Shown here: piece by piece, positions 45,988 through 55,848 of the stretch
Position numbering within the stretch: position 1 is the stretch's first letter
How the letters are laid out: each line of letters starts with the position of its first letter
NCBI GenBank assembly: GCA_027331445.1
Contig: DAHWUD010000002.1
Span: 77,018 to 141,017 of the forward strand
DNA from: Candidatus Amesbacteria bacterium
Lineage (GTDB): Bacteria > Patescibacteriota > Microgenomatia > CAZETR01 > Amesbacteraceae
Length of the DNA: 64,000 nt
Direction of reading: 5' to 3'
The notes under the pieces: generated by a model
The model's database searches: none
Told to the model about the DNA's origin: nothing
What the model saw: only the letters and a program-made list of their open reading frames with translations
Program-made: the position numbers and the translations under genes

Positions 45988-46932
45988 CTAGCGGGCATTT
46001 AAGTCATTGTCAAGCCCAAACATCTCCCCTGCCGGGAAAAACAGCGTGTCGGCGATAGTCGGCACGTCCGCCGCCAGCATGATGACGCGGTCCATCCCCA
46101 CGGCCATCCCCGCGCACTCCGGCAACCCCGCCTTGAGCGCCTCGATAAAGTCCTCATCCATCCCGAAATCTCTACCCTGTAACTCATTTTTAAACCTGGC
46201 TTCTTGTTCCGCCGCATCCGTCAGTTCCGAAAACGCATTTCCCAGTTCCACCCCCGCCAGAAATACTTCGAATCTTTCCGCAAATCTGGGGTCGTCCTTC
46301 TTTTTCCGGGACAAACTCGCTTGTTCTGCTGGATAATCATATACAAAGGCTGGCTTTCTGCTCTCCCGCAACCGGGGCTCAATCTCGTTATAAAACTTGA
46401 GGTTAAATTCCGGCTCAGGAAGCCCCATCAGCCCCAATTCCTCGCAGCTGTACCTGGGCCACGGCCGACTCAGATCATATTCTTCACCCTGGTATTTCAT
46501 TTTTTCCGCCCCGATAATTTTGACGAACAAATTCTCAAAATCCCCCATAATCTTTCTATAGTCAGCCTCCTTCCGGTACCATTCCAAAATCGTAAATTCC
46601 GGACTGTGCCAGGCCGACACCTCTTCCCCGTTACGAAACGCCCGCGTAATCTCAAATACATTTCCCATCCCCGCCGCCAGTAACTTTTTCAAACTGAACT
46701 CCGGACTCATGATCAAATACCCTGCCCGCTTTATTCTCCGGCCCGTAACAAGTTGTGTTTCAAACGGCTCCAGATTCGGTTCCGCCGACGGCACCGGCAC
46801 CAGAACCGGCGTCTGCACCTCGGCAAACCCCTGTTCCTTAAACCAGTTTCTCATCCCGTCGATTACCTTCTCCCGTACCAGATATTTTTCCCTCAGCCTG
46901 GGGTCGTTTCGTATTTTCTGCCACGTTTTCAT
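45988..46932 (-). CDS. epmA: EF-P lysine aminoacylase (LysRS-like, catalytic domain only)
   Basis: SPE...K.LLAAG, FRN.E...H.PEFT.LEWY, ERFE...G.ELGN.F.EL; no anticodon domain; near efp. Confidence 0.9.
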   Translation of the reverse strand: MKTWQKIRNDPRLREKYLVREKVIDGMRNWFKEQGFAEVQTPVLVPVPSAEPNLEPFETQLVTGRRIKRAGYLIMSPEFSLKKLLAAGMGNVFEITRAFRNGEEVSAWHSPEFTILEWYRKEADYRKIMGDFENLFVKIIGAEKMKYQGEEYDLSRPWPRYSCEELGLMGLPEPEFNLKFYNEIEPRLRESRKPAFVYDYPAEQASLSRKKKDDPRFAERFEVFLAGVELGNAFSELTDAAEQEARFKNELQGRDFGMDEDFIEALKAGLPECAGMAVGMDRVIMLAADVPTIADTLFFPAGEMFGLDNDLNAR

Positions 46933-46947
46933 GGCCCCATTATAACT

Positions 46948-47190
46948 TTATCCCAGATCCTTCTTCATTTCCTCGAACTCTTTCTTAGAAATCTCTCCTT
47001 TGGCATACCTTTCTTTCAATATCTTCAGCGCGTCATCTTCCCTCTCTTCATGCTTATGAAACAACATCACCACTAGGTAAATCAACGCTACCCAAAACAG
47101 TAGCTGAAACACTAGTCCCACAACTCCCCAGCCCATGCCCACGCCCCAGCCTCCGCCCGCATACATATATGGCGTCCTTTCCCACATCAT
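46948..47190 (-). CDS. SHOCT-domain membrane protein
   Basis: TM helix plus IL.ERYAKGEI...EF. Confidence 0.88.
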   Translation of the reverse strand: MMWERTPYMYAGGGWGVGMGWGVVGLVFQLLFWVALIYLVVMLFHKHEEREDDALKILKERYAKGEISKKEFEEMKKDLG

Positions 47191-47194
47191 GGCC

Positions 47195-49573
47195 CTATTG
47201 TACTCCCGCCTTCTGATAATTTCCTGAAATATCCTTCATTACTTCGGACACCTGCATCCAAAATAGCGACCATCCCCATACCAAAACTGATTGCCCCAAT
47301 GAAATCCTTCCCGGCATCAGCCATCCCAAAAGCGCCAGGCTGGTAGCCAAGACTTGGGTCAGCGAGGTCGCCCAGATCACCTGCCGGCTGGGCAGCCATC
47401 TCCACCACCGTTGCTTGGTGTGCGCCACGTAGATGAGCATGTGTCCGGATACCGTCAGCTTTAGAAAATACATTGTCTGGATTACCGGCCAGCTGAAATG
47501 CCACACCGTCGTCATCAGCCAAAACAAGATGAGGCTGTTGGCCACCCCCGTTATGCCGAACATCGAACTCAGGATAAATCTCTTCTTCACTTCAATTTTC
47601 GCTGGCCGGTTGGCCACTCTCACCCGGTCAAACGCCAGCGAGATGATGGGAATATCATTCAAAAGGGCGATGAGAATAATCTGCAGCGCCGTCATCGGAT
47701 ACGCCTTGTACACAATCCCCAAAACTGCAATCGTCACAATCAGCCGCAGGCTCTCCGATATCCGATACAGAGAATAGGTGTAAACCCGTTCAAATATTTT
47801 CCGGCTCTCCCAAATCGCATCCTTGATCACTGCTATTCCTTCAGACAGCAGGACTATGTCCGCCGCCGCTTTCAGCGCCGTCACAGCGTTTTTTACCGCC
47901 ATGCCCACGTTGGCCGCCTTCACCGGCGGCAGGTCGTTTACCCCGTCCCCATTGGCCGACACCACAAAAAATTCCTTCGCTTTTTGTACCAGCCGGAATT
48001 TATCCTCCGGCAGGATTTCGGCAAACGCGCTCGTGGACAGGAAAAAATTGCTCCCCATTTTATCCCAGTCCATCCGGTCCAGCTCTTCCTTCGCCACAAT
48101 CTGTCGCTGCTCCATATTTAGTTGCCGCGAAATCTGCGCCGCGATCGCCCGGTTGTCCCCCGTGACCATGGTCACTCCGATGCCGTTGTCCTCCAAATAC
48201 TTCACTACCGCCGGAGCTTCTTCCCGCAGTGTATCCGACAGCGCCAGTATCCCCACCAGCTGCATCCGCTTTTCCTCGCCGCCCTCCGCTATCGCGACCG
48301 TCAGTGTCCTAAACCCCGATTGGGCCAACGCTTCCACCTCCCGGTCATACTTTTCCTGCACCTTTTTATCCATCGCGCACAGCCCGCCGACTATCTGCGG
48401 CGCTCCTACCGCCACTGCCGTCTTTTTTCCGCCTTTTTCCAGCACCAGTGTGCTCCGTTTCCTCACCGAATCCGCCGGCACGAAGTCTACCTTCTCAAAC
48501 CCCGGCATTTCCGTTTGCGACGTTTTTACTTTATCCAGAATTGCCGCGTCTATCGCGTTGTCTGCCTCAACCGAGGCCACCGTTCCCGCCCACATCAGCA
48601 CGTCGTCATGCGTAAATCCCCCGTAGGCGTAAATATCCTGTACCGCAATCTTGTTCTGGGTCAGTGTCCCCGTCTTATCCGTCAGCAAAAAATTGACGTT
48701 GGCCAGGTCTTCCAGCGCCGACAAACGTCTGACTATGACGTCCTTTTTAGCCAAATCCAGCACTCCAAATTCAATGATCAGTGTCATTACCGTCGGCAGG
48801 CTGATCGGAATCCCGGCGATGATGATGGACAAATCCAGCGTTAAAAGTTCCCAGATCGAGACTTTTTCTGCCAAAAACACCCCGGTCAGAATGACTACCG
48901 CTACCAGACTTAATACCGTCAAAAACTTGGAGATATTGATCATGTCCTTTTCCAGCAGGCTCTTTTTTCTCACCCGCTCCACCGAAAACAGGGTTTTTCC
49001 GAAGCTGGTATTTCCCCCCGTCGCCGTAATCTGCACGATGGCTATACCCGTCTCCATAAACGCCCCGGAAAAAACTGTTTCCCCGGCCTTTTTTTCCTTA
49101 GGCAGCGACTCCCCCGTGAGGGCCGCTTCGTTCACCGTCACCCGGTTCGCGTCCACCAGCTTGCCATCCGCCGGGATAACTTCTCCCGAGGCCAGCTGCA
49201 CCACATCTCCCGGCACCAGGATTCTTGACCCTACATACTGCCACTTGCCGTCCCGCCAAACTTTTATACTTTGTTCCAGATGTTCATTTAGTTTGGCAAT
49301 TGCATTGTCTGCCTTGCTTTCCTGCCACAGCGTTATCGCGATGTTAAGACCCAAAAGTACCACAATAAAATACCCGTCGAATGTCTTTCCCAATCCGAAT
49401 GACAATCCCGACGCCAGCACCAGCATCAGGCCGATCGGGGAAAATACATTTTTCAGTATCTTCCTCCCCAGGCCGGCCTTTTTTTCCGGAATTTCATTCC
49501 CCCCGACTTCTTTTATTAGTTGTTCTGCCTCTGCCGAAGTCAGCCCTAAATTTACGAAGTCTCCTTTTTCCAC
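47195..49573 (-). CDS. P3A-type plasma-membrane proton-efflux ATPase
   Basis: LTGES, GIP..LP.V, DKTGT, GDGVND, Y.Y..YRI, ALLND. Confidence 0.88.
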   Translation of the reverse strand: MEKGDFVNLGLTSAEAEQLIKEVGGNEIPEKKAGLGRKILKNVFSPIGLMLVLASGLSFGLGKTFDGYFIVVLLGLNIAITLWQESKADNAIAKLNEHLEQSIKVWRDGKWQYVGSRILVPGDVVQLASGEVIPADGKLVDANRVTVNEAALTGESLPKEKKAGETVFSGAFMETGIAIVQITATGGNTSFGKTLFSVERVRKKSLLEKDMINISKFLTVLSLVAVVILTGVFLAEKVSIWELLTLDLSIIIAGIPISLPTVMTLIIEFGVLDLAKKDVIVRRLSALEDLANVNFLLTDKTGTLTQNKIAVQDIYAYGGFTHDDVLMWAGTVASVEADNAIDAAILDKVKTSQTEMPGFEKVDFVPADSVRKRSTLVLEKGGKKTAVAVGAPQIVGGLCAMDKKVQEKYDREVEALAQSGFRTLTVAIAEGGEEKRMQLVGILALSDTLREEAPAVVKYLEDNGIGVTMVTGDNRAIAAQISRQLNMEQRQIVAKEELDRMDWDKMGSNFFLSTSAFAEILPEDKFRLVQKAKEFFVVSANGDGVNDLPPVKAANVGMAVKNAVTALKAAADIVLLSEGIAVIKDAIWESRKIFERVYTYSLYRISESLRLIVTIAVLGIVYKAYPMTALQIILIALLNDIPIISLAFDRVRVANRPAKIEVKKRFILSSMFGITGVANSLILFWLMTTVWHFSWPVIQTMYFLKLTVSGHMLIYVAHTKQRWWRWLPSRQVIWATSLTQVLATSLALLGWLMPGRISLGQSVLVWGWSLFWMQVSEVMKDISGNYQKAGVQ

Positions 49574-49642
49574 TCTTTATTTATACCTCATTTGACAACG
49601 CTCAAACAAAGTGATTTACTTATCAATCAGTCTATGCAGTCT

Positions 49643-50131
49643 ATGAAAAATACGTACCTGGTCATCGGCGCGGTCATCATAGTCATCCTCGGCATCGTCG
49701 GCTATACCAACAAACACCAAATCAAGCTCCTTCTCATGGGCCAGCCCTCTCCTACTCCGGAAGCCATAACCGGAACTTCTCCCGCAAACCCCAACGGCAG
49801 CACCATAACGGGTGATGTTGTTACCACCCAAACCAGTTCCGTCAAAGGCCCCTATGTCGCCGATTCCAAAGGCCGGACTCTTTACATTTATGACAAAGAC
49901 CAGCCCAACGTCAGCAATTGCTCCGGCGCCTGCGCCTCCATCTGGCCTCCCTATACTACTCCCTCGGCTCCGGCTACCCTCCCCGCCCACGTTACCACTT
50001 TCACCCGCACCGACGGCACCATCCAATTTGCTTACAATAGCCAGCCGCTCTACTACTACAACCTGGACAAAAAAATCGGTGACGTCAACGGTGACGGCGT
50101 CGGCAAAGTCTGGCATCTGGTCAAACCCTAA
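49643..50131 (+). CDS. Secreted repeat protein (COG4315/Lipoprotein_15-like)
   Basis: G.TLY.Y.KD, C.G.CA..WPP, PLYY...D...G..NGDG....W. Confidence 0.85.
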   Translation: MKNTYLVIGAVIIVILGIVGYTNKHQIKLLLMGQPSPTPEAITGTSPANPNGSTITGDVVTTQTSSVKGPYVADSKGRTLYIYDKDQPNVSNCSGACASIWPPYTTPSAPATLPAHVTTFTRTDGTIQFAYNSQPLYYYNLDKKIGDVNGDGVGKVWHLVKP

Positions 50132-50162
50132 TTCCCCTTGCCTCTCCTGGTATCATTAAAGT

Positions 50163-50480
50163 GTGAATAACGTTCGTCTTTATTTTCCTCCCACCAGCCA
50201 GTTTACCCACCTTTCCTACTGGACTCCCACCACTTTCATTGCCGCCTTCGTCAACCTTATTCTCGTCGCTTCCGCCGTTTCCTCCTTTTTTATGCTCCTG
50301 ATCGGCGGCCTGCGTTTTATTATCGCCGGCGGTGACCGGGACGCCACCACAGCCGCCGGCCGCACCATCGCCAATGCCCTGATCGGCTTGGTCATTGTCT
50401 TTTCCGTCTACGGCCTGATGAACCTTCTCAGTGATTTCTTCGGCGTCCGCCTGCTGCAGTACACTATCATTAGTATCTGA
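50163..50480 (+). CDS. TrbC/VirB2-like pilin-family membrane protein
   Basis: L.GG...I.AGGD....A...I.NA.IGL. Confidence 0.75.
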   Translation: MNNVRLYFPPTSQFTHLSYWTPTTFIAAFVNLILVASAVSSFFMLLIGGLRFIIAGGDRDATTAAGRTIANALIGLVIVFSVYGLMNLLSDFFGVRLLQYTIISI

Positions 50481-50483
50481 CCC

Positions 50484-51197
50484 TCAGTATCCCGAAAACT
50501 CTTCGGCTTTGATCTTCTCCGGTCTCACCTTCTCCTGCTCCAACAGCTCCCGCATCGCCCCCACCATCCCGGCCGGCCCTGACAGGTAGTAAATCGGTTC
50601 CGTCAAATCTTTGACATACCGGCCCAGCATCTCCCGGTTAATGTGCCCCTTTTCCCCGTTCCAACTCTGTTCTCCCGCCGCCGTCATCACCGGCACAAAG
50701 GTAAATTTCGGATTTCCTTCCGCCAGCGCCTGCAGGTCTCCCAAAAACACTCCCTCCTGCGGCGTTCTGTTGGCATATATCAATATTATTTTCCCCGCCC
50801 GTTTTTCCTGCATTGCCTGGGCAATCATGCTCCGCACCGGCGTGATCCCGATTCCCCCGGTCAGAAACACCGCCGGCGCTGTCCCCTCATGCAGCCCAAA
50901 ACTTCCGTACGGGCCGCTCATTTTTATTTGGCCTCCCACCGGCAAACTTTTCAGCCCCCGTTTAAACGCCGTATCCCGCATCCTGGTGGCAATTACCAAC
51001 TCCTTTTCGTACGGGGCATGCGCCAACGAAAAAATCCTCTCCTTCCCCTCTTTGTCCGTCTCGATCGGATCCGCCAGCTCAAATTTTGCGAACTGTCCGG
51101 CTTTAAATTCAAATCCCTCCGGCTTTTTGAAGTGAAATGCCATTGTCCCGCTGGCCACCTCCTCTTTTTCCGCCAGCGTCACCATATACTCGGCCAC
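50484..51197 (-). CDS. FNR-family FAD/NAD(P)-binding oxidoreductase
   Basis: F.AGQF, R.FSL, GPYG, GGIGITP, Y.SGP, EEF. Confidence 0.9.
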   Translation of the reverse strand: MAEYMVTLAEKEEVASGTMAFHFKKPEGFEFKAGQFAKFELADPIETDKEGKERIFSLAHAPYEKELVIATRMRDTAFKRGLKSLPVGGQIKMSGPYGSFGLHEGTAPAVFLTGGIGITPVRSMIAQAMQEKRAGKIILIYANRTPQEGVFLGDLQALAEGNPKFTFVPVMTAAGEQSWNGEKGHINREMLGRYVKDLTEPIYYLSGPAGMVGAMRELLEQEKVRPEKIKAEEFSGY

Positions 51198-51263
51198 AAA
51201 ATCATTTTAACTCATTTCTGCCGTTTTTTTGACAGCCGGGCAAAATATGCTTAATCTTATCCT

Positions 51264-54131
51264 GTGGCTGCCGATCTCTCCTCCTTTCTCACCCCCCGTT
51301 CCGTCACCGTCATCGGTGCCTCCCGCTCCCCCGAAAAAGTCGGCGCCATCGTCCTTAAAAATCTACTGGACTTCCACTTTCCCGGCCATATCTACCCCGT
51401 CAACCCCCAAACCGACTCCCTCCAAAACCTGCCTTGTTTCAAATCCGTCGCAAATCTCCCCGAAGTTCCCGATTTAGCCATCGTGGCCTTGCCCGCCGCC
51501 GCCGTCATTGACACTCTCACCCAAATCGGCACCAAAGGTATTTCCAACGTCGTCGTTTTTTCTGCCGGCTTTAAGGAGATCGGCCCCGACGGCGCCCGGT
51601 TGGAGCAGCAATTGACAGATATTGCCGCCAGGTATCACCTGCGCCTTTTGGGTCCCAATTGTCTGGGCTTTATCAACGAGTCCGCCTCTCTTAACGCCAC
51701 CTTCGCCCTCTCCGCCCATCAGTCCGGCAACCTGCGCTTTATTTCTCAATCCGGAGCCATCGCCGCCGCCCTGTTTGACTGGTGTCAGTCCGTCGGCCTG
51801 GGCTTTTCTCAGTTTATTACCCTGGGCAACAAACCCGTCCTCAACGAAAACGATTTTCTAACTGCCTTCGCTGCCGCTTCACTGCCCCCTCCCGCTCCCG
51901 GCCTCTCTTCCGTTTCCCCCATTGGCCTTTATCTGGAATCCATTTCCGACGGCCCGGAATTTGTCCGCCTGACCACCCAAATCAGCCGCACTCAGCCCAT
52001 TTTCATCATTAAGCCCGGCAAAACTCCCGCCGCCGCCGCCGCCATGCAGTCCCACACCGGAGCCATAGCCGGAGCCGACGATATCCTTGACACTGCCCTG
52101 GCTCAGGCCCACGTCGAAAGGTGCGCTACTCTGGAGGATTTCTTCGATCTCTCCCGCGCCCTGGCCTGGGAAAATGCTCCCGCCGGTCCCCGCGTCGCCG
52201 TCATCAGTAACGCCGGCGGCCCCGCCGTCTTAACCGCTGACGCCATCGCCTCCTCCGGACTCAAATTGGCCGAGCTGGACGCCGCCACTAAGGAAAAGCT
52301 GCAGTCTGTTCTTCCCCGCAGTGCCAGTATCAGAAATCCCATTGATGTTTTGGGCGACGCCCTGGCTGACCGCTACGCCGCCGCCGCCGACACCGTTCTA
52401 GCTACCGGCCAAGCCGACGCTTTATTGGTCATTCTCACCCCCCAGGTTATGACCCAGGTTGACCGCACCGCCCAGCTGATCAGCGACCTCTCCCGCAAAT
52501 ACCCCCAGCCCATTTTCTGCTCTTTCATCGGCGGCCGGCTGGTCCATGAAGGCGAACGTATCCTGAATCAAAATCTTATCCCTTCTTTCCGCTTCCCCGA
52601 GCGGGCCGTCGCCGCTATTTCCGCCATGTGGCATTGGCAATCCACCCGCACCGCCCCGGCTGCAATTTCCGGCTCCGGTCCGGCATCGCCGGCCGAAGCC
52701 GAGGGCGCAAGTCCAGACTCCACCCGCATCCACCAGATTGTCACCGCCGCCGAGGACAGCCACCATCCCGCCCTGGATAATCTCGAAACCAATGAAATCA
52801 TGTCCCTTCTGGGCTTGCCCACCCCTCCCACCGCTGCCGTCCCCACCCTGGAATCTGCTCACCAGTTCGCCACTCAAACCGGCTGGCCCGTAGTTCTCAA
52901 ACTCTCTTCCCCGGGTCTTTTACACAAAGCCCATATGGGCGGCGTCATCACCGGTATCAATAACGCCTCCCAGCTCGAACTGGCTTGGGATCGCCTCAAT
53001 CATGCCGCCGCCCAACTTCCTCCTGCCGCCCACGATCACCTTCGTTACCAAATCCAGAAAGAGGCTACTTCCGGTATTGAAGTCATCGTCGGCCTGCGTG
53101 TCGATCCGACTTTTGGCCCGGTTCTCCTCTTTGGCGCCGGCGGTCAGTTGGCCGAACTGGTGGCCGATAAAAACCTGAAAATCCTCCCCGTCTCCCGCGA
53201 CCAGGTCAAAGATTTAGTAAGTAAATCCAAGGTTTTCCGTCTGCTCCAACCCCAGCCAGGCGAGCCGGAATATGCCCTCGATCAACTCTACGACCTCATC
53301 GTCAATCTTACCCGCCTCATTCCCCTGCTCCCCCAGGCTTCGGATATTGAAGTCAATCCCGTCATTGTTACCCACAATCACGTCTGGGCCGTTGACGCCA
53401 AGATTCTTTTAACCGGCATCGCCTCCCGCCCCGCCGTCTCTCCCCAATTCCACACCGCTGTTCTCACCGACCACACCCCCCTGGCCGGTAAATTCCATTA
53501 CTTTGAATTCACTACTCCGGAGCCCTTCGTCTCCCGCCCCGGTCAATACGTCAGCGTCAAAGTCGCCCCCGATCGCATCAACAGCTACTCTATTGCCGAC
53601 CGTCCCGCAGACAATAAGTTTACCCTGCTCGTGGACACCGCTCCCGGGGGCCCCGGTTCCAAATTCTTTGACAATTTACAGCCTCAGGACAAAGTGGCCT
53701 TCCTCGGTCCGTTCGGCGTCTTTACCCTCCAGCCCGACGACGGCGCGCAGCGGATTCTTTTCTTAGGTACCGGCTCCGGCTGCAGCCCCTTAAGATCCAT
53801 TCTGGAAGCCGCCCTCAAACACCCCGACCTTAAAGTCCCCATCGACTTTTACTTTGGCCTCCGGCATACTGATGATGTTTTCTGGCAGGATTATTTCCAA
53901 AAATTATCCGTTGATCACCCCAACTTCCATTTCAATTTTGTCCTTTCCCAACCCGACGCCGCTTGGCACGGCCAGGCCGGCCATATTACCGAGCTTTTGG
54001 AAAAGGAGGTCCCCGATGCCACTCACTGCAGCGCTTATCTTTGCGGCAACCCTAAAATGATCGACGAAGCCACCCAAATTTTACTTTCCAGAAACTGTCC
54101 GGAGGGCCGGATCTACACCGAAAAATTCTAA
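51264..54131 (+). CDS. ADP-forming acetate/acyl-CoA ligase (fused alpha-beta) with an extra C-terminal FNR-type FAD/NAD(P)-binding domain
   Basis: GPNCLG, SQSGA, SHTGA, NP.D, FGP...FG.GG, E.NP, AVDA; then PGQYV, SYSI, GP.G, GTGSGCSP, YLCG, EKF. Confidence 0.9.
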   Translation: MAADLSSFLTPRSVTVIGASRSPEKVGAIVLKNLLDFHFPGHIYPVNPQTDSLQNLPCFKSVANLPEVPDLAIVALPAAAVIDTLTQIGTKGISNVVVFSAGFKEIGPDGARLEQQLTDIAARYHLRLLGPNCLGFINESASLNATFALSAHQSGNLRFISQSGAIAAALFDWCQSVGLGFSQFITLGNKPVLNENDFLTAFAAASLPPPAPGLSSVSPIGLYLESISDGPEFVRLTTQISRTQPIFIIKPGKTPAAAAAMQSHTGAIAGADDILDTALAQAHVERCATLEDFFDLSRALAWENAPAGPRVAVISNAGGPAVLTADAIASSGLKLAELDAATKEKLQSVLPRSASIRNPIDVLGDALADRYAAAADTVLATGQADALLVILTPQVMTQVDRTAQLISDLSRKYPQPIFCSFIGGRLVHEGERILNQNLIPSFRFPERAVAAISAMWHWQSTRTAPAAISGSGPASPAEAEGASPDSTRIHQIVTAAEDSHHPALDNLETNEIMSLLGLPTPPTAAVPTLESAHQFATQTGWPVVLKLSSPGLLHKAHMGGVITGINNASQLELAWDRLNHAAAQLPPAAHDHLRYQIQKEATSGIEVIVGLRVDPTFGPVLLFGAGGQLAELVADKNLKILPVSRDQVKDLVSKSKVFRLLQPQPGEPEYALDQLYDLIVNLTRLIPLLPQASDIEVNPVIVTHNHVWAVDAKILLTGIASRPAVSPQFHTAVLTDHTPLAGKFHYFEFTTPEPFVSRPGQYVSVKVAPDRINSYSIADRPADNKFTLLVDTAPGGPGSKFFDNLQPQDKVAFLGPFGVFTLQPDDGAQRILFLGTGSGCSPLRSILEAALKHPDLKVPIDFYFGLRHTDDVFWQDYFQKLSVDHPNFHFNFVLSQPDAAWHGQAGHITELLEKEVPDATHCSAYLCGNPKMIDEATQILLSRNCPEGRIYTEKF

Positions 54132-54133
54132 CC

Positions 54134-55846
54134 ATGTCTGCCCCAATTTATTCTCTCAAAATCGGCGGCCAGGCCGGCCAGGGTATCAAATCATCGGGCC
54201 AGCTGATAGCCAAAGTCGCCTCCCGTTCCGGCTATCATATCCATACCTATACCGAGTTCCCCTCCTTAATCCGCGGCGGTCACAACATCACTCAGGTCCT
54301 CTTCTCTCCCGATGAAATTGCCGCCCCCCTCCGTCAGACCGACCTGCTCATTGCTCTCAATCAGGATACTATTACCCGCCACCTCGCCGAACTGGTCTCC
54401 GGTTCCGGTCTGTTGTTTGATGCCGACAAAAAATTCCGCACCGCCGGCGCCGCCCCCGGCGTCCGTCTTCTCCCTGTGCCTTTGGCCAAACTATCAGGCG
54501 GTCAGGAATTATTGATCAACACCGTCGCCGTCGGCGCCGCCCTGGCTCTCCTCGGCGGCCGGCTGGATACCCTTAACGACCTCCTGCGGGCCGAGTTTGC
54601 CGACAAAGGCGATGCCGTCATCCGTCCCAACCTCGAAGCCGCCGCCGCCGGTTTCGATTTTGCCGCCCGGAATTTTGCCGCCCAAGTAGAGCCCCGTCTC
54701 ACCCCCCTGCCCGACCGCCCGCGTCAGATGATTGTCAACGGAGCCGAGGCCGTGGCTCTGGGAGCCATCGCCGGCGGTCTGCAGTTTGCCGCCATCTATC
54801 CCATGTCTCCCATCTCCGGCATTCTCCGGGTCTTAGCGCAGTACCAGGCGGAATATGGCTATATCTACAAACAGCCCGAGGATGAAATTTCTGCCGTCAA
54901 CATGGCCGTCGGCGCCGGCTTTGCTGGAGCGAGGGCCATGACCGCCACCAGTGGCGGCGGTTTTTGCCTCATGACCGAGGGCTATGGCCTGGCCGGCATG
55001 ACCGAAACTCCGGTGGTCATTGTCGAAGGCATGCGTCCCGGTCCCGCTACCGGCCTGCCCACCTGGTCTGCCCAGAGCGATCTGCAGTTTATTCTTCATG
55101 CCCACCAGGGTGATTTCCCCCGCATTGTTCTGGCCGCTTCCGACATCCGCGACGCCTTCTATCTCACCCGCCAGGCCTTCAACCTGGCCGCCAAATATCA
55201 GACCCCCGTAGTCGTCATCATCGACAAAGACCTTTGCGACGACGATCACAGCTATCCCGTATTCGACAATTCCGACTTTAAGCTAGACCGCGGCAAATTC
55301 ACTTCCGACTTCAACCCCGGCTTCGCCCGCTACTACATCGAATCCGACGGTATCTCTACTAGAAGCGCCCCCGGTACCGGCAACTTCTTCATCGCCAATT
55401 CCGACGAGCATAACCAGCAGGGTTTCAGTTCGGAAGACATCTCCGACGTCGTCTCCCAGCAGGCCAAGCGCCTGCGCAAGTTGGATACCTGTGCCCAAAC
55501 CGACATGCCTGCTCCCCAGCTCATCGGCCCCCCAGACGCTCCCCTGACTTTAGTCTCCTGGGGCAGTAACCGTGGCGCCGTCCTCCACGCCCTCCGGGAT
55601 TTTCCGGATGTGAATTACCTTCATCTCACCTGGATGAGTCCTTTCCCCACCACCGCCGTCACCTCACAGCTTTCCCGCGCCCGTCATATTATTGATATCG
55701 AATCCAACGCCACCGCCCAGCTGGCCCAGCTGATTGCCGCCCAAACCGGTATCACGATCACCGACCACCTGCTCAAATTCGACGGCCGCCCCTTTTTCCC
55801 CGATGAAATCTCCGCCAAAATTAATTCTGTTCTCCATCCCGCCTGA
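54134..55846 (+). CDS. 2-oxoacid:ferredoxin oxidoreductase alpha subunit
   Basis: GG.AGQGI, IRGGH, YPMSP, EDE..A, TSGGG, RPGPATG.PT. Confidence 0.94.
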   Translation: MSAPIYSLKIGGQAGQGIKSSGQLIAKVASRSGYHIHTYTEFPSLIRGGHNITQVLFSPDEIAAPLRQTDLLIALNQDTITRHLAELVSGSGLLFDADKKFRTAGAAPGVRLLPVPLAKLSGGQELLINTVAVGAALALLGGRLDTLNDLLRAEFADKGDAVIRPNLEAAAAGFDFAARNFAAQVEPRLTPLPDRPRQMIVNGAEAVALGAIAGGLQFAAIYPMSPISGILRVLAQYQAEYGYIYKQPEDEISAVNMAVGAGFAGARAMTATSGGGFCLMTEGYGLAGMTETPVVIVEGMRPGPATGLPTWSAQSDLQFILHAHQGDFPRIVLAASDIRDAFYLTRQAFNLAAKYQTPVVVIIDKDLCDDDHSYPVFDNSDFKLDRGKFTSDFNPGFARYYIESDGISTRSAPGTGNFFIANSDEHNQQGFSSEDISDVVSQQAKRLRKLDTCAQTDMPAPQLIGPPDAPLTLVSWGSNRGAVLHALRDFPDVNYLHLTWMSPFPTTAVTSQLSRARHIIDIESNATAQLAQLIAAQTGITITDHLLKFDGRPFFPDEISAKINSVLHPA

Positions 55847-55848
55847 CT

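Noticed and set aside
47823-49595. Long plus-strand ORFs of 240-314 aa
   Set aside because: Typical antisense shadows of a P-type ATPase.
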